Assembly (NCBI GenBank): GCA_026395955.1
Contig: JAPLXR010000004.1
Span: 3,883-67,882 of the forward strand
Length of the DNA: 64,000 nt
Reading direction: 5' to 3'
From: Candidatus Nomurabacteria bacterium
Lineage (GTDB): Bacteria; Patescibacteriota; Minisyncoccia; Phycocordibacterales; UBA9973
Of this stretch, positions 1 to 9,066 are shown in pieces. The position numbers and the translations under genes were made by a program. Position 1 is the first letter of the stretch. Each line of letters opens with the position of its first letter. The notes under the pieces are model-generated. The model searched no databases and was not told where the DNA came from. It worked only from the letters and a program-made list of their open reading frames with translations.

Positions 1-593
1 GTCACCATTATTATGGTCTGCCCTTCTTTGTGTAAATCCAAAAAGACACGCATAACTTGCTCTGAAGTTTCAGAGTCGAGGTTTGCTGTCGGTTCGTCAG
101 CAAAAATTATTTTTGGTTCATGAGCAATAGCACGAGCGATAGAGACGCGTTGTTGTTGTCCTCCTGAAAGCTCACTCGGTAAATTATTTTCACGATCGAG
201 AAGATCAACTTTTTTTAAAGCAATACGAGCTTTGGCTTCGGCTTTTTTCATATCATATCCTTGCATCAAAAGTGGCAACATTGTATTTTCGAGGGCTGTG
301 AGTGAAGGCAAAATAGCATAATCTTGAAAAATATATCCGAGGTCATTTAGACGAATTGCTGTACGTTCTTTTTCAGAAAGTTTTACTAAATCTTTTCCAT
401 CAAGCATTACCTCTCCCTCAGTAGGTAAATCCAAAAGTCCGAGCTGGTAAAGTAGTGTAGATTTCCCTGAACCAGACTTACCTGTGACTGTTAAAAACAG
501 TCCTTCAGGAACAGTAAAAGATAAATTGTTTACTGCGACAATTCTAGCGTCTCCACTCTTGAATGCTTTTGTAAGTTTTTTTATTTCTAACAT
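1..593 (-). CDS. ABC transporter ATP-binding protein (LolD/MacB-like), 3' end outside window
   Basis: Manual translation from ATG at 593: Walker A GKSGSGKST, signature LSGGQQQRV, IIFADEPT; follows the permease gene. Confidence 0.9.
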   Translation of the reverse strand, partial: MLEIKKLTKAFKSGDARIVAVNNLSFTVPEGLFLTVTGKSGSGKSTLLYQLGLLDLPTEGEVMLDGKDLVKLSEKERTAIRLNDLGYIFQDYAILPSLTALENTMLPLLMQGYDMKKAEAKARIALKKVDLLDRENNLPSELSGGQQQRVSIARAIAHEPKIIFADEPTANLDSETSEQVMRVFLDLHKEGQTIIMV

Positions 594-595
594 TT

Positions 596-1873
596 TTATC
601 TACCTAAAATTGCTGATAATGTATTTTGCTTGATAACAATTCTAGCAGGAATATAACCAGCGACCATTGTGGTTATAAGTAATATCGTCGCACGCCAAAG
701 TGAGGTCGGAAGTGTCGCCACGAGTATACCATCAGAGAATGGGAAGTTTATCGGATGTGCTGCGAAGTATGGTTTGATTAAAAAGAAAATTAAAGACATA
801 CCAATAATAATTCCAAATCCTGCATAAATAAATGCTTGGTAAATATATGAATAAAGTATAGCTCTTTTATTTAAACCAATACCTTTCATAATACCGATAT
901 ATCGGCGACGTGTAATAGCATTCACAAAAATAACAATAAAAATAGTAATAGATGCTACAACAAGCCCAATACCAGAAATAGCACTACCGAGAATTCCAAA
1001 AGTAACTTTCATATCTTTTAAAAATTTTGGAGAAGCATCATCGGCAGTCTGCACACGTGCATATTCCCCTACTCCACTTTTTATTAAAAAGTCACGAGCG
1101 AAAACAGGATCAGCATTTGATTTTAATTTTATAGCGATTGATCCAGCATCGAGAGTTGTCTGTCCTGTTAATTTCCTTACCTCAGAATCCAAAGCAACAA
1201 CAGATGTATCAAATACATCAACCTTACTTGAAAGAATTCCTTTCACAAAATATTCTTTGGAATAATCACCGACAGTTATACGAACTCTCTGACCAATAAC
1301 AATATTTTTTAAAGTTTGAAAACCAGGAGCTTCAATAGGTGTAAATTCATACAATAAATTTTTACCGAGAAGAACACTATCTTGATCACCACTTTGTAAA
1401 TACGAACCACGAATTACGAATTTTGATACACCAGAAAAATTTTGTTCTTGTTGCGGATCAATACCCAAAAGTGAACCTGTTACTCCATCTCTCTTGTCTC
1501 CTGGTTTTATAGTATCTCTATAATTTGATTCAACTAATGCTCCACCAGTATATCTGACAGTATCAGATTGAAAATCTGGAAGTGTTTTAACTATTGATTC
1601 TACTTTTGGAGTTTGGTCAATATACGAACGATTTAAAAAAGAAGATATAACAACATCTCCTGTAGAATATTTTTTTTGTGCATCTTCTGAACCTTGAATG
1701 AGTCCAACCAAGATACCAGACACAATAATCAAGTTTAAAAAAGTTAAAGTCATTACGAAAATAATAAGAGCTGTTGTCCATTTATTCGCATGAGCGATAT
1801 CACGTTTAGCTAAAAACCAACCTACACGCAGATTTTGTGACAATGAATTTTCAATTTTTATTTTGTCGTCCAT
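596..1873 (-). CDS. ABC transporter permease, FtsX/MacB/LolE family
   Basis: N-terminal TM, large extracytoplasmic domain, three C-terminal TMs with RRRYIGIMKGIG motif. Confidence 0.85.
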   Translation of the reverse strand: MDDKIKIENSLSQNLRVGWFLAKRDIAHANKWTTALIIFVMTLTFLNLIIVSGILVGLIQGSEDAQKKYSTGDVVISSFLNRSYIDQTPKVESIVKTLPDFQSDTVRYTGGALVESNYRDTIKPGDKRDGVTGSLLGIDPQQEQNFSGVSKFVIRGSYLQSGDQDSVLLGKNLLYEFTPIEAPGFQTLKNIVIGQRVRITVGDYSKEYFVKGILSSKVDVFDTSVVALDSEVRKLTGQTTLDAGSIAIKLKSNADPVFARDFLIKSGVGEYARVQTADDASPKFLKDMKVTFGILGSAISGIGLVVASITIFIVIFVNAITRRRYIGIMKGIGLNKRAILYSYIYQAFIYAGFGIIIGMSLIFFLIKPYFAAHPINFPFSDGILVATLPTSLWRATILLITTMVAGYIPARIVIKQNTLSAILGR

Positions 1874-3378
1874 TAGTTTACAGTCAAAGCTATTTGTTCA
1901 TTTTCATTTAAACCAGAAGTAATTTCTACTAAATTATTATCACCGACAAAACCAATATGTAGTTCTCTTTGTTCGTTAGATTCACTGTTGTCATTTTTTA
2001 CAATATCTACAAAATTCTTACCATCTTTTTTTATTAGAGCTACAGCTGGTATCGCTATAACATGAGTTTTACCACCTGCATCTACATTTATATTTGCATT
2101 CATTCCAGGACGGATTATTTCATTCTGTTCATTGATACTTACTTTTATTTTATAATTTACAACACCGTTATTTGTCTGTGCAGATGGATCAATCTGAGCG
2201 ATAACTCCGGTGAATTTTTTATCATTACCAAAAGCATCAAAAGTAATATCTACATTTTGTCCAAGTTTTAGATACGCAATATTTGCTTCATTGATTAATG
2301 CTTCAATATACAGATTCTTTATATCTTCAATAGTAATAACTGATTTTCCTGCTTCAGCTAATTCACCATATTTTATATCTACTCTAGTTATTGTTCCGTC
2401 TGCTGGTGCACGTATTACAGTGTTTTCATATGCAGCTTCTGCTGACTGTAATACACCTTGAGCAAAAACAATTTCTGCTCCACCGACAGACAACTCAGCT
2501 TTTTTCTGAGATAAATTTGCCTCAGCATTAGAAACAGCAATATCACGATTTTTTAAAGCATCTTGATAAGCATTATAATTTTTTAAATAATCTACAGCAT
2601 GAGTATTTGGAATAACAATTTTCCAATCAACAACAGAAGAATTACTAGAATCTGATGGGAGTTTTATATATAAACCAGAATTTCCTAATGGTTGTGGTGT
2701 ATTATAATTCAATGAACCTGTGCCTGTTGTTAAACCAGAAAGATCAAAACTATATCCATTTACAGATTGATAATTTTTTATATTTAAAGTTCCTTCTTTA
2801 CCCAAAGAATAAGTACCAGAAATAACAGGATTTACATAATCATTACTAGAATCTTCTGGAACAGCCTCTATTGTAGAATTAAGTAAGGTATTATAAGCAT
2901 TATTAACCAAAATATCTTGTGCTTTTTTTACATTTTCTAAATCAATTTCTGCAGAAGAAAAAGAAACTTCAGACAATGCAGTACCACCAGCAGTAGATCC
3001 AGTACCATATTTAGCTTGAGCGGACATCAAACTTCCACGTGCTTGTGTGAGAGTAGCCAATGCTTCACCTTGATCCAAATGAGCCAATACTTGCCCAGCT
3101 TTGACTGTATCTCCGACAGCAACAGAAACACCTTTTACTACACCTCCTTTATTGAAAGATAAATTTAAATCAGTATTTGAAATTACCTGCCCTGTAGCAC
3201 GAACAGATTGTTTTAAATCTGTATATTTAACAGTAAAAATATTCAAGGTATTTGTTTTATTAGAACGAAAAACAAAAAAAGAAACTACAACCAAAACTAT
3301 TAAAATAATTATTGAAATTTTCTTTTTTTTAATAATTAAATTTTTAACTTTTTCAAAAGTATTTTTAAATTTATCCAT
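1873..3378 (-). CDS. Efflux RND/MacA-type periplasmic adaptor subunit
   Basis: Lipoyl-like halves (GDTVKAGQVLA, IRAPADGTIT) and helical hairpin; start moved to MDKF at 3378 because a -10 box lies 8 nt upstream. Confidence 0.85.
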   Translation of the reverse strand: MDKFKNTFEKVKNLIIKKKKISIIILIVLVVVSFFVFRSNKTNTLNIFTVKYTDLKQSVRATGQVISNTDLNLSFNKGGVVKGVSVAVGDTVKAGQVLAHLDQGEALATLTQARGSLMSAQAKYGTGSTAGGTALSEVSFSSAEIDLENVKKAQDILVNNAYNTLLNSTIEAVPEDSSNDYVNPVISGTYSLGKEGTLNIKNYQSVNGYSFDLSGLTTGTGSLNYNTPQPLGNSGLYIKLPSDSSNSSVVDWKIVIPNTHAVDYLKNYNAYQDALKNRDIAVSNAEANLSQKKAELSVGGAEIVFAQGVLQSAEAAYENTVIRAPADGTITRVDIKYGELAEAGKSVITIEDIKNLYIEALINEANIAYLKLGQNVDITFDAFGNDKKFTGVIAQIDPSAQTNNGVVNYKIKVSINEQNEIIRPGMNANINVDAGGKTHVIAIPAVALIKKDGKNFVDIVKNDNSESNEQRELHIGFVGDNNLVEITSGLNENEQIALTVN

Positions 3379-3414
3379 ATATCTAAAGAATACCAATATT
3401 TAAGCTCTTTTGCA

Positions 3415-3448
3415 ATTAAAAAACACACCTAGCTGGTGTGTTTTTTAA
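3415..3448. terminator. Intrinsic terminator hairpin
   Basis: attaaaaaacacacc-tagct-ggtgtgttttttaat. Confidence 0.75.
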
Positions 3449-3469
3449 TAAGATAAAATTTATTTTAAA

Positions 3470-4162
3470 TTATTGGTGACGAGTGTCTTCTCCAAGTTTT
3501 TGAATAAATCTACCAGCTGCATCTTTGCCACCTAGACCAAAAGCGATAGCTCCTGCGATAGATAACATGGCGATGATTCCAGTAAATAATATTTGCATAT
3601 AAGCAGCTGCAATACCGAGTTGACCTAATGCTATTATGAAAGCAAAAATCCAAACAGCATATTTAGCAATTGAAGCTAACATATTTGCTGAACGTAGATT
3701 TACAGCTTTTGCTCCTGCTGCAATTGATTTTGAAATTGCTTCAGAAACAATAGTAGCGATAAGGAGAATAAAAGCAGCAATGATAACTCTAGGCAAGAAC
3801 ATAAGAACGTCTTGTGAAAGAAATCCTGAAACAGAATCCAATCCCATAAGACTAAGTGAAGGAATAAGGAAAGCAATTAAGATAAACCACTTTACTATTT
3901 CTCCAATAAAAAATCCTGTGTTTAGACGAAGTCCCATCTTTGAGAGCATTCCATCCATACCAATAGTTGCGAAAAGCTTATCGATTTTCAATGCACTGAT
4001 TACATTCTCAAATGCTTTTGAAACTAAACCAGCTAAAACCCAACCAATAATAAAGAAGATAATCGCCAAGATTAACTTCGGAGCAAACTGAATAAAACCC
4101 CACCATAAATTTTGAAGTGAAGCATTAAAAACGTCACCCCATGTAAGCCAAATGTTACTCAT
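3470..4162 (-). CDS. TM-helix-repeat membrane protein (CmpX/MscS-related)
   Basis: Repeated 'P.LI.AII' TM units and C-terminal AIAFGLGGKD motif. Confidence 0.75.
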   Translation of the reverse strand: MSNIWLTWGDVFNASLQNLWWGFIQFAPKLILAIIFFIIGWVLAGLVSKAFENVISALKIDKLFATIGMDGMLSKMGLRLNTGFFIGEIVKWFILIAFLIPSLSLMGLDSVSGFLSQDVLMFLPRVIIAAFILLIATIVSEAISKSIAAGAKAVNLRSANMLASIAKYAVWIFAFIIALGQLGIAAAYMQILFTGIIAMLSIAGAIAFGLGGKDAAGRFIQKLGEDTRHQ

Positions 4163-4239
4163 AAATTATATTATAATCATAAACTTGTAAAAACTTTAAA
4201 GTTCGACCTTATAAAGCTATGATTCTATTATATCACTTT

Positions 4240-4821
4240 TTAGTTCTTTTTAAGTACTTGTGTGGATAACTCTTTAACTTCCACAATTACCTCGTGAGGA
4301 AAGTCAAGTATATCTAAAACCAGCTTATCGTACATATTGAAACGATACAAAAATTCTGCAGTATCAAATAAAGCATAGGTAAGTTCTTTACCAATTTCAG
4401 CTTCCATTCTTTTTAGACCATCTTCTATAACTTTACGTTTAATTTTATCCCCTACTATCAATAAGTCTACTCTGCTATCTTTATTTTTAATAAATGTACC
4501 AGAAGCAATAAGTAATTTTATTTTTCCAGCCTTTTTAGTCATTTCTAGAATTGCTTCTTTGTTTAAAGTATATGTCCCAGTTAAAAGTATTTCTATTTGT
4601 TCTAAATAAACAAAAGAAGAATTTAAAATCCAACCATTTTTATTCTTTTTAATAAAACCAATACCAGAAAGCATTGATATTTCTTTGCGAGTTATTTCAG
4701 GAGAAACTCTACTTCTATTTGCAATATCTTTATTTTCAAAAGCTCCATCAGGATTCAACAGAAAAAGACGCATTATCTTAATTCTTGCAGGACTTCCAAA
4801 TAGTTTTCCTAATATTTCCAT
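4240..4821 (-). CDS. Winged-HTH protein with C-terminal nucleotidyltransferase-like fold
   Basis: LFGSPARIKIMRLF wHTH-like start; SGTF...SRVDLLIVGD degenerate NTase motif; the track's TTG start overlaps a TATAAT box, so the ATG at 4821 is preferred. Confidence 0.55.
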   Translation of the reverse strand: MEILGKLFGSPARIKIMRLFLLNPDGAFENKDIANRSRVSPEITRKEISMLSGIGFIKKNKNGWILNSSFVYLEQIEILLTGTYTLNKEAILEMTKKAGKIKLLIASGTFIKNKDSRVDLLIVGDKIKRKVIEDGLKRMEAEIGKELTYALFDTAEFLYRFNMYDKLVLDILDFPHEVIVEVKELSTQVLKKN

Positions 4822-4873
4822 ATATTCTTTATAAACCTTTTTATTTAAAAAAACAAGGGTTTTGTGATTATAA

Positions 4874-4903
4874 AACAAAAAACACCCATAGGGTGTTTTT
4901 TGT
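4874..4903. terminator. rplL terminator
   Basis: aacaaaaaacaccc-ata-gggtgttttttgtt. Confidence 0.75.
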
Positions 4904-4917
4904 TAGAATTTATTGAA

Positions 4918-5280
4918 TTATTTAAGTTCAACCTTTCCACCTGCTTCTTCGATTTTCTTTTTCAATTCATCAGCTTCAGCTTTCTTCATTCCATCTTTCA
5001 ATGTTGCTGGAGCACCGTCAACTAAGTCTTTAGCTTCTTTCAAACCGAGGCCAAGAACTTCTTTAACAACTTTCATAACAGCGATTTTTTGTTCACCTGC
5101 ACCTGCTAGAACTACTGTATATGAATCTTTTTCTTCAGCTGCAGGACCAGCTGCAGGACCAGCTACTGCTACTGCAGCGGCTGAAACTCCAAATTTTTCT
5201 TCTAATGCCTTCACTAATTCGTGAAGATCTAAAACTGACATACTATCTATTTTTTCTATAAGATCTTTAAATTTTTCCAT
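4918..5280 (-). CDS. rplL: 50S ribosomal protein L7/L12
   Basis: [21 protein letters not shown] motifs. Confidence 0.98.
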   Translation of the reverse strand: MEKFKDLIEKIDSMSVLDLHELVKALEEKFGVSAAAVAVAGPAAGPAAEEKDSYTVVLAGAGEQKIAVMKVVKEVLGLGLKEAKDLVDGAPATLKDGMKKAEADELKKKIEEAGGKVELK

Positions 5281-5307
5281 AATAATTTTTGATTAAATTT
5301 TTAATAA

Positions 5308-5790
5308 TTAACTTTTCTTCTCAGCAATTGCATTCAATACGACAGCAAAGCGTTGTATTGGAGAATTGATAAGGTTAACAAATTGACCAAGGAGAACTTC
5401 ACGAGGTGGGATTGTAGCAATTGTCATCATCTTTTCAGAATTTACAAAATTGTTTTCAAAAATTCCACCCAATATGTTCAAACTTATTTTATTTGTTTTT
5501 GCAAAATTATAAACTTCACGAGCTGGGGCTAACATATCTGCACCATAAGCCAAAGCAACTTCACCTCCGAGCTCTGGGATTTCCCCTTCTGCTTTTCCAT
5601 TGAGTGCACGCTTTAACAGTGTCTTTCTTGAAACTTTATAATTTACTCCAGCATCACGAAGACTTTTGCGAAGCATTGTCTCTGTTTGTGCAGTCAAACC
5701 ATGAAAATTAACAAAAACTACAGATGAACTACCCTTGATAGCTCCTTCCAAATCTTTTATTATCTCTTCTTTTTTTGATTTTAATAACAT
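5308..5790 (-). CDS. rplJ: 50S ribosomal protein L10
   Basis: KVSRKTLLKRAL, IATIPPREVLLGQ; upstream of rplL. Confidence 0.97.
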   Translation of the reverse strand: MLLKSKKEEIIKDLEGAIKGSSSVVFVNFHGLTAQTETMLRKSLRDAGVNYKVSRKTLLKRALNGKAEGEIPELGGEVALAYGADMLAPAREVYNFAKTNKISLNILGGIFENNFVNSEKMMTIATIPPREVLLGQFVNLINSPIQRFAVVLNAIAEKKS

Positions 5791-5811
5791 ATTTGTTTTA
5801 TTTTAAATTAA

Positions 5812-5925
5812 AAAAACGACATCCAGATAAACTGGTGCCGCATATTGCCTCCCAAATAAATGGGTGTCGACCACTAGATAGGACTTCTAAGGATTTTTCT
5901 CCCTTGCCTACCTTCTTTGCAGCAG
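5812..5925 (-). promoter_or_regulatory. Probable L10 leader (ribosomal protein autoregulatory RNA)
   Basis: GC-richer structured 5' UTR of rplJ; AAGAAGGTAGG...CCTATCTAG resembles the L10-leader core; TATAGT -10 box just upstream. Confidence 0.55.
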
Positions 5926-5947
5926 AGATACTATAACATAAAGATCT

Positions 5948-6076
5948 TTATTTTGCAAAGGCTGATTTTATAAAACTAACAGTTTCTGGTTCACCAGTAA
6001 AATACAAACTTAAAAGACCTAGAGCAATAATTACGAGAAAAATAAATAGGACTTTTATAAAATGATTACTAAACAT
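5948..6076 (-). CDS. Small single-TM protein (42 aa), not in ORF track
   Basis: MFSNHFIKVLFIFLVIIALGLLSLYFTGEPETVSFIKSAFAK*; TATAAT 6 nt before ATG. Confidence 0.6.
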   Translation of the reverse strand: MFSNHFIKVLFIFLVIIALGLLSLYFTGEPETVSFIKSAFAK

Positions 6077-6147
6077 ACATGTATTATACATAAAAAATAA
6101 AATAGTTAGAACTTTACTAAAAAAGTAAACTTAAGTATAGTAATTAT

Positions 6148-7440
6148 ATGAATAGAATCTGGCTTATTTTGTTTGGGGACTTTCTATCCTTTTGGGTGTC
6201 TTTTTTTATACTTTTTAATATACGTTTAGGAAATGCGACACCTGCTAATATTTTAAACGTACATTTAACAACATTCTCTATATTATATATCTGCTGGACT
6301 ATAATATTTTTACTTTTTGGATTATACGAACTATCAAATATAAAGCCAACGATACTTCAAATACAACGTACTAGTTTAGCTCTATTTTTTTGTTTTTTTA
6401 TAGGAATAAGTTTATTTTATTTAGTTCCCTTCTTTGGTATCACACCTAAAACAAATTTATTATTACAAGTTATATTTTTTGGATTTATTTCTTTTATATT
6501 AAGAAGAATTATTTATAGTTTCTTTTCAAAACAAAATGTACGCAAAGCTATATTAATAGGAGAAACAAATTATATAAATGAGCTATACCAAATAATAAAT
6601 ACAAACCCTCAAATAGGATTAAAAATAATTTACAAAACAAAAGATTTACAAGAAGTACTAAAAAAATATTCTAATTTAGAAAATTCAGTTTTTATTTTTG
6701 AAAGTATAAACCAAGAAATTCCAGATAAAGAAATACTTAATTTATATAAAAATAAAGTTGAAATAATAGACATTGCTGAAGCTTATGAAAAATATTTATT
6801 TAAAATACCAATATATTACATAAATAAATCATGGGTAATAAAAAACATAAATACCAAAAAAGACTTTTTATATGATTCTGTTTCTAGATTTTTTAATATA
6901 ATATTTTCTATATTTATTTTAATAGTTACATTACCTTTTACAATAATAAGTTTAATTTTTATTTATCTTTATGATAATGGTCCAGTATTTTATAAACAAG
7001 AAAGAATAGGCTTAAATGGTAAAATATTTGAATTATATAAATTACGATCCATGGTTTTAGATTCAGAAAAAAATGGAGCTGTATGGTCAGAACAAAATGA
7101 TACACGCATTACACCTATAGGAAAAATAATAAGGAAAATTCACATAGATGAAATACCACAAATGATAAACATATTGAAGGGTGATATAGCGCTAGTAGGA
7201 CCCAGACCAGAAAGGCCAGAATTTGTTTCATCATTAGAGAAAACAATACCCTATTATAATTTGAGACATACCATCAGACCAGGTTTTACTGGTTGGGCAC
7301 AAATAAAATACAGATACGCTCGTACAGTCGAAGATACAAAAGAAAAATTCCAATATGATTTGTATTACATGAAAAATAAAAATATTTTTATTGATTTTGG
7401 TATCATACTTCGAACCATTCAAATAATATTCTTACACTAA
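6148..7440 (+). CDS. Polyprenyl-phosphate glycosylphosphotransferase (WbaP/WcaJ family)
   Basis: N-terminal TMs; KLRSM, DEIPQ, LVGPRPERP, RPGFTGWAQ motifs. Confidence 0.93.
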   Translation: MNRIWLILFGDFLSFWVSFFILFNIRLGNATPANILNVHLTTFSILYICWTIIFLLFGLYELSNIKPTILQIQRTSLALFFCFFIGISLFYLVPFFGITPKTNLLLQVIFFGFISFILRRIIYSFFSKQNVRKAILIGETNYINELYQIINTNPQIGLKIIYKTKDLQEVLKKYSNLENSVFIFESINQEIPDKEILNLYKNKVEIIDIAEAYEKYLFKIPIYYINKSWVIKNINTKKDFLYDSVSRFFNIIFSIFILIVTLPFTIISLIFIYLYDNGPVFYKQERIGLNGKIFELYKLRSMVLDSEKNGAVWSEQNDTRITPIGKIIRKIHIDEIPQMINILKGDIALVGPRPERPEFVSSLEKTIPYYNLRHTIRPGFTGWAQIKYRYARTVEDTKEKFQYDLYYMKNKNIFIDFGIILRTIQIIFLH

Positions 7441-7444
7441 TTCT

Positions 7445-8251
7445 ATGGCAAAAATATCAATAATAATTCCAACATATAATAGTAGTAAATTTATAAGAAA
7501 CACAATTCAAAGTGTTTTAGAACAGACTTATACTGACTGGGAACTTCTGATTATAGATGATTGTTCCAAAGACGAAACAGAAGAAATAATAAAAGAATAT
7601 AAAAAAAAAGAACCTAAAATTAAATTCTACAAAACAGACAATAATTCTGGTGGTCCTGCCCTATCAAAAAATATAGGAATAAAAAATTCTAATGGTAGCT
7701 ATATCGCATTTTTAGACCATGACGATGAGTGGCATAAAGAAAAATTAGAAAAACAAATAAAATTATTTGAAAATTCAAAAGATAAAAATCTAGGGATAGT
7801 TTCAACTTTTTTAGATATAAAAGAAAAAGAAACTATAATAAAATATAGTAAAAATTACAGAAAAGATATTTTAAAATATCTAGCTAGTGGAAACTTTTTA
7901 ATGACTTCTAGCTGTATTATGGTAAAAAAAGACGTATTTGAAAAAATAGGTTTATTTGATAAAAGTCTTTCTGTTTCAGACGATTTAGACATGTGGATAC
8001 GTATAGCTAAAAATAATTACAACTTTGATTATGTACCAGAATACTTAACAACATACATATATCACAATAAAAATGCTTCTCTTATAAACAGAGAAAATTA
8101 CACAGAAACTAAATTACTATTCAAAAAACACAAAGAAATATATCTTAAATATAATATTAAAATAGTTATATTAAATTACATATTATATTTATTTCCTAAT
8201 TCAGAAAAGAAGATAAAGAAAATAATCTTAAAGATAAAAAAATGCATATAA
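7445..8251 (+). CDS. Glycosyltransferase family 2
   Basis: ISIIIPTYN, DDCSKD, FLDHDD. Confidence 0.92.
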   Translation: MAKISIIIPTYNSSKFIRNTIQSVLEQTYTDWELLIIDDCSKDETEEIIKEYKKKEPKIKFYKTDNNSGGPALSKNIGIKNSNGSYIAFLDHDDEWHKEKLEKQIKLFENSKDKNLGIVSTFLDIKEKETIIKYSKNYRKDILKYLASGNFLMTSSCIMVKKDVFEKIGLFDKSLSVSDDLDMWIRIAKNNYNFDYVPEYLTTYIYHNKNASLINRENYTETKLLFKKHKEIYLKYNIKIVILNYILYLFPNSEKKIKKIILKIKKCI

Positions 8252-9066
8252 AATTATCAATAATAATAGTAAATTGGAATACTAAAGACATACTAAAACA
8301 GACAATCGAGTCTGTTAAAAAAGAAACGAGTTTGTTTGAATACGAAATAATTGTTATAGACAATAATTCTACAGATGATAGTGTAAATATGATTAAAACA
8401 CTATTCCCTTCTATAAAGATAATAGAAAACCAAGATAATTTTGGTTTTGGTTTTGCAAATAACCAAGGGTTAAAGATCGCCACAAGAGAATGTATTTTGT
8501 TTTTAAATAGTGACACTATTATTTTAGAAAACGCTATAGAAAAATTAGTAAGATTTTTAGATGAAAATAAGGACATAGCAATGGTCGGTCCTAAAATTTT
8601 AAATAAAGACAGAACTTTTCAATCTGCATCAAAAAGAAACTTACCGACAATAAAAAATTCATTTCAATATTTATTTTTAAATAAAAAAGAAAATAATTAT
8701 AAATTAGAAAATGAAGGAAATATTAGTGAAATAACTGAGGCTATTTCTGGGGCTTGTATGTTAGTTAGGCATTCTATATACAAAAAAATAGGAGGATTCG
8801 ATGAACAATTCTTTATGTATGCAGAAGATCTAGATTATTGTAAAAGAATATTAGATAACGGATTTAAAATATATTATTTAAGTACTGCTGAAATAATTCA
8901 CTTAGGAGGAGAAAGTACTAAAAAAAATACAGAATCTTTAAAATATTTTTATAAAACAATGTGGCTTTATTATAAAAAATACTTTTATAATAACAGAAAC
9001 TTATTTGTGAATTTTAGTATTTATATAGGCATAAAAATACTTTATTTTTATAAAAAATTATTTTAA
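8242..9066 (+). CDS. Glycosyltransferase family 2 (WbbL/rhamnosyltransferase-like)
   Basis: IIIVNWN, NFGFGFANNQG, LNSD, GGFDEQFFMYAEDLD. Confidence 0.9.
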   Translation: MHIKLSIIIVNWNTKDILKQTIESVKKETSLFEYEIIVIDNNSTDDSVNMIKTLFPSIKIIENQDNFGFGFANNQGLKIATRECILFLNSDTIILENAIEKLVRFLDENKDIAMVGPKILNKDRTFQSASKRNLPTIKNSFQYLFLNKKENNYKLENEGNISEITEAISGACMLVRHSIYKKIGGFDEQFFMYAEDLDYCKRILDNGFKIYYLSTAEIIHLGGESTKKNTESLKYFYKTMWLYYKKYFYNNRNLFVNFSIYIGIKILYFYKKLF

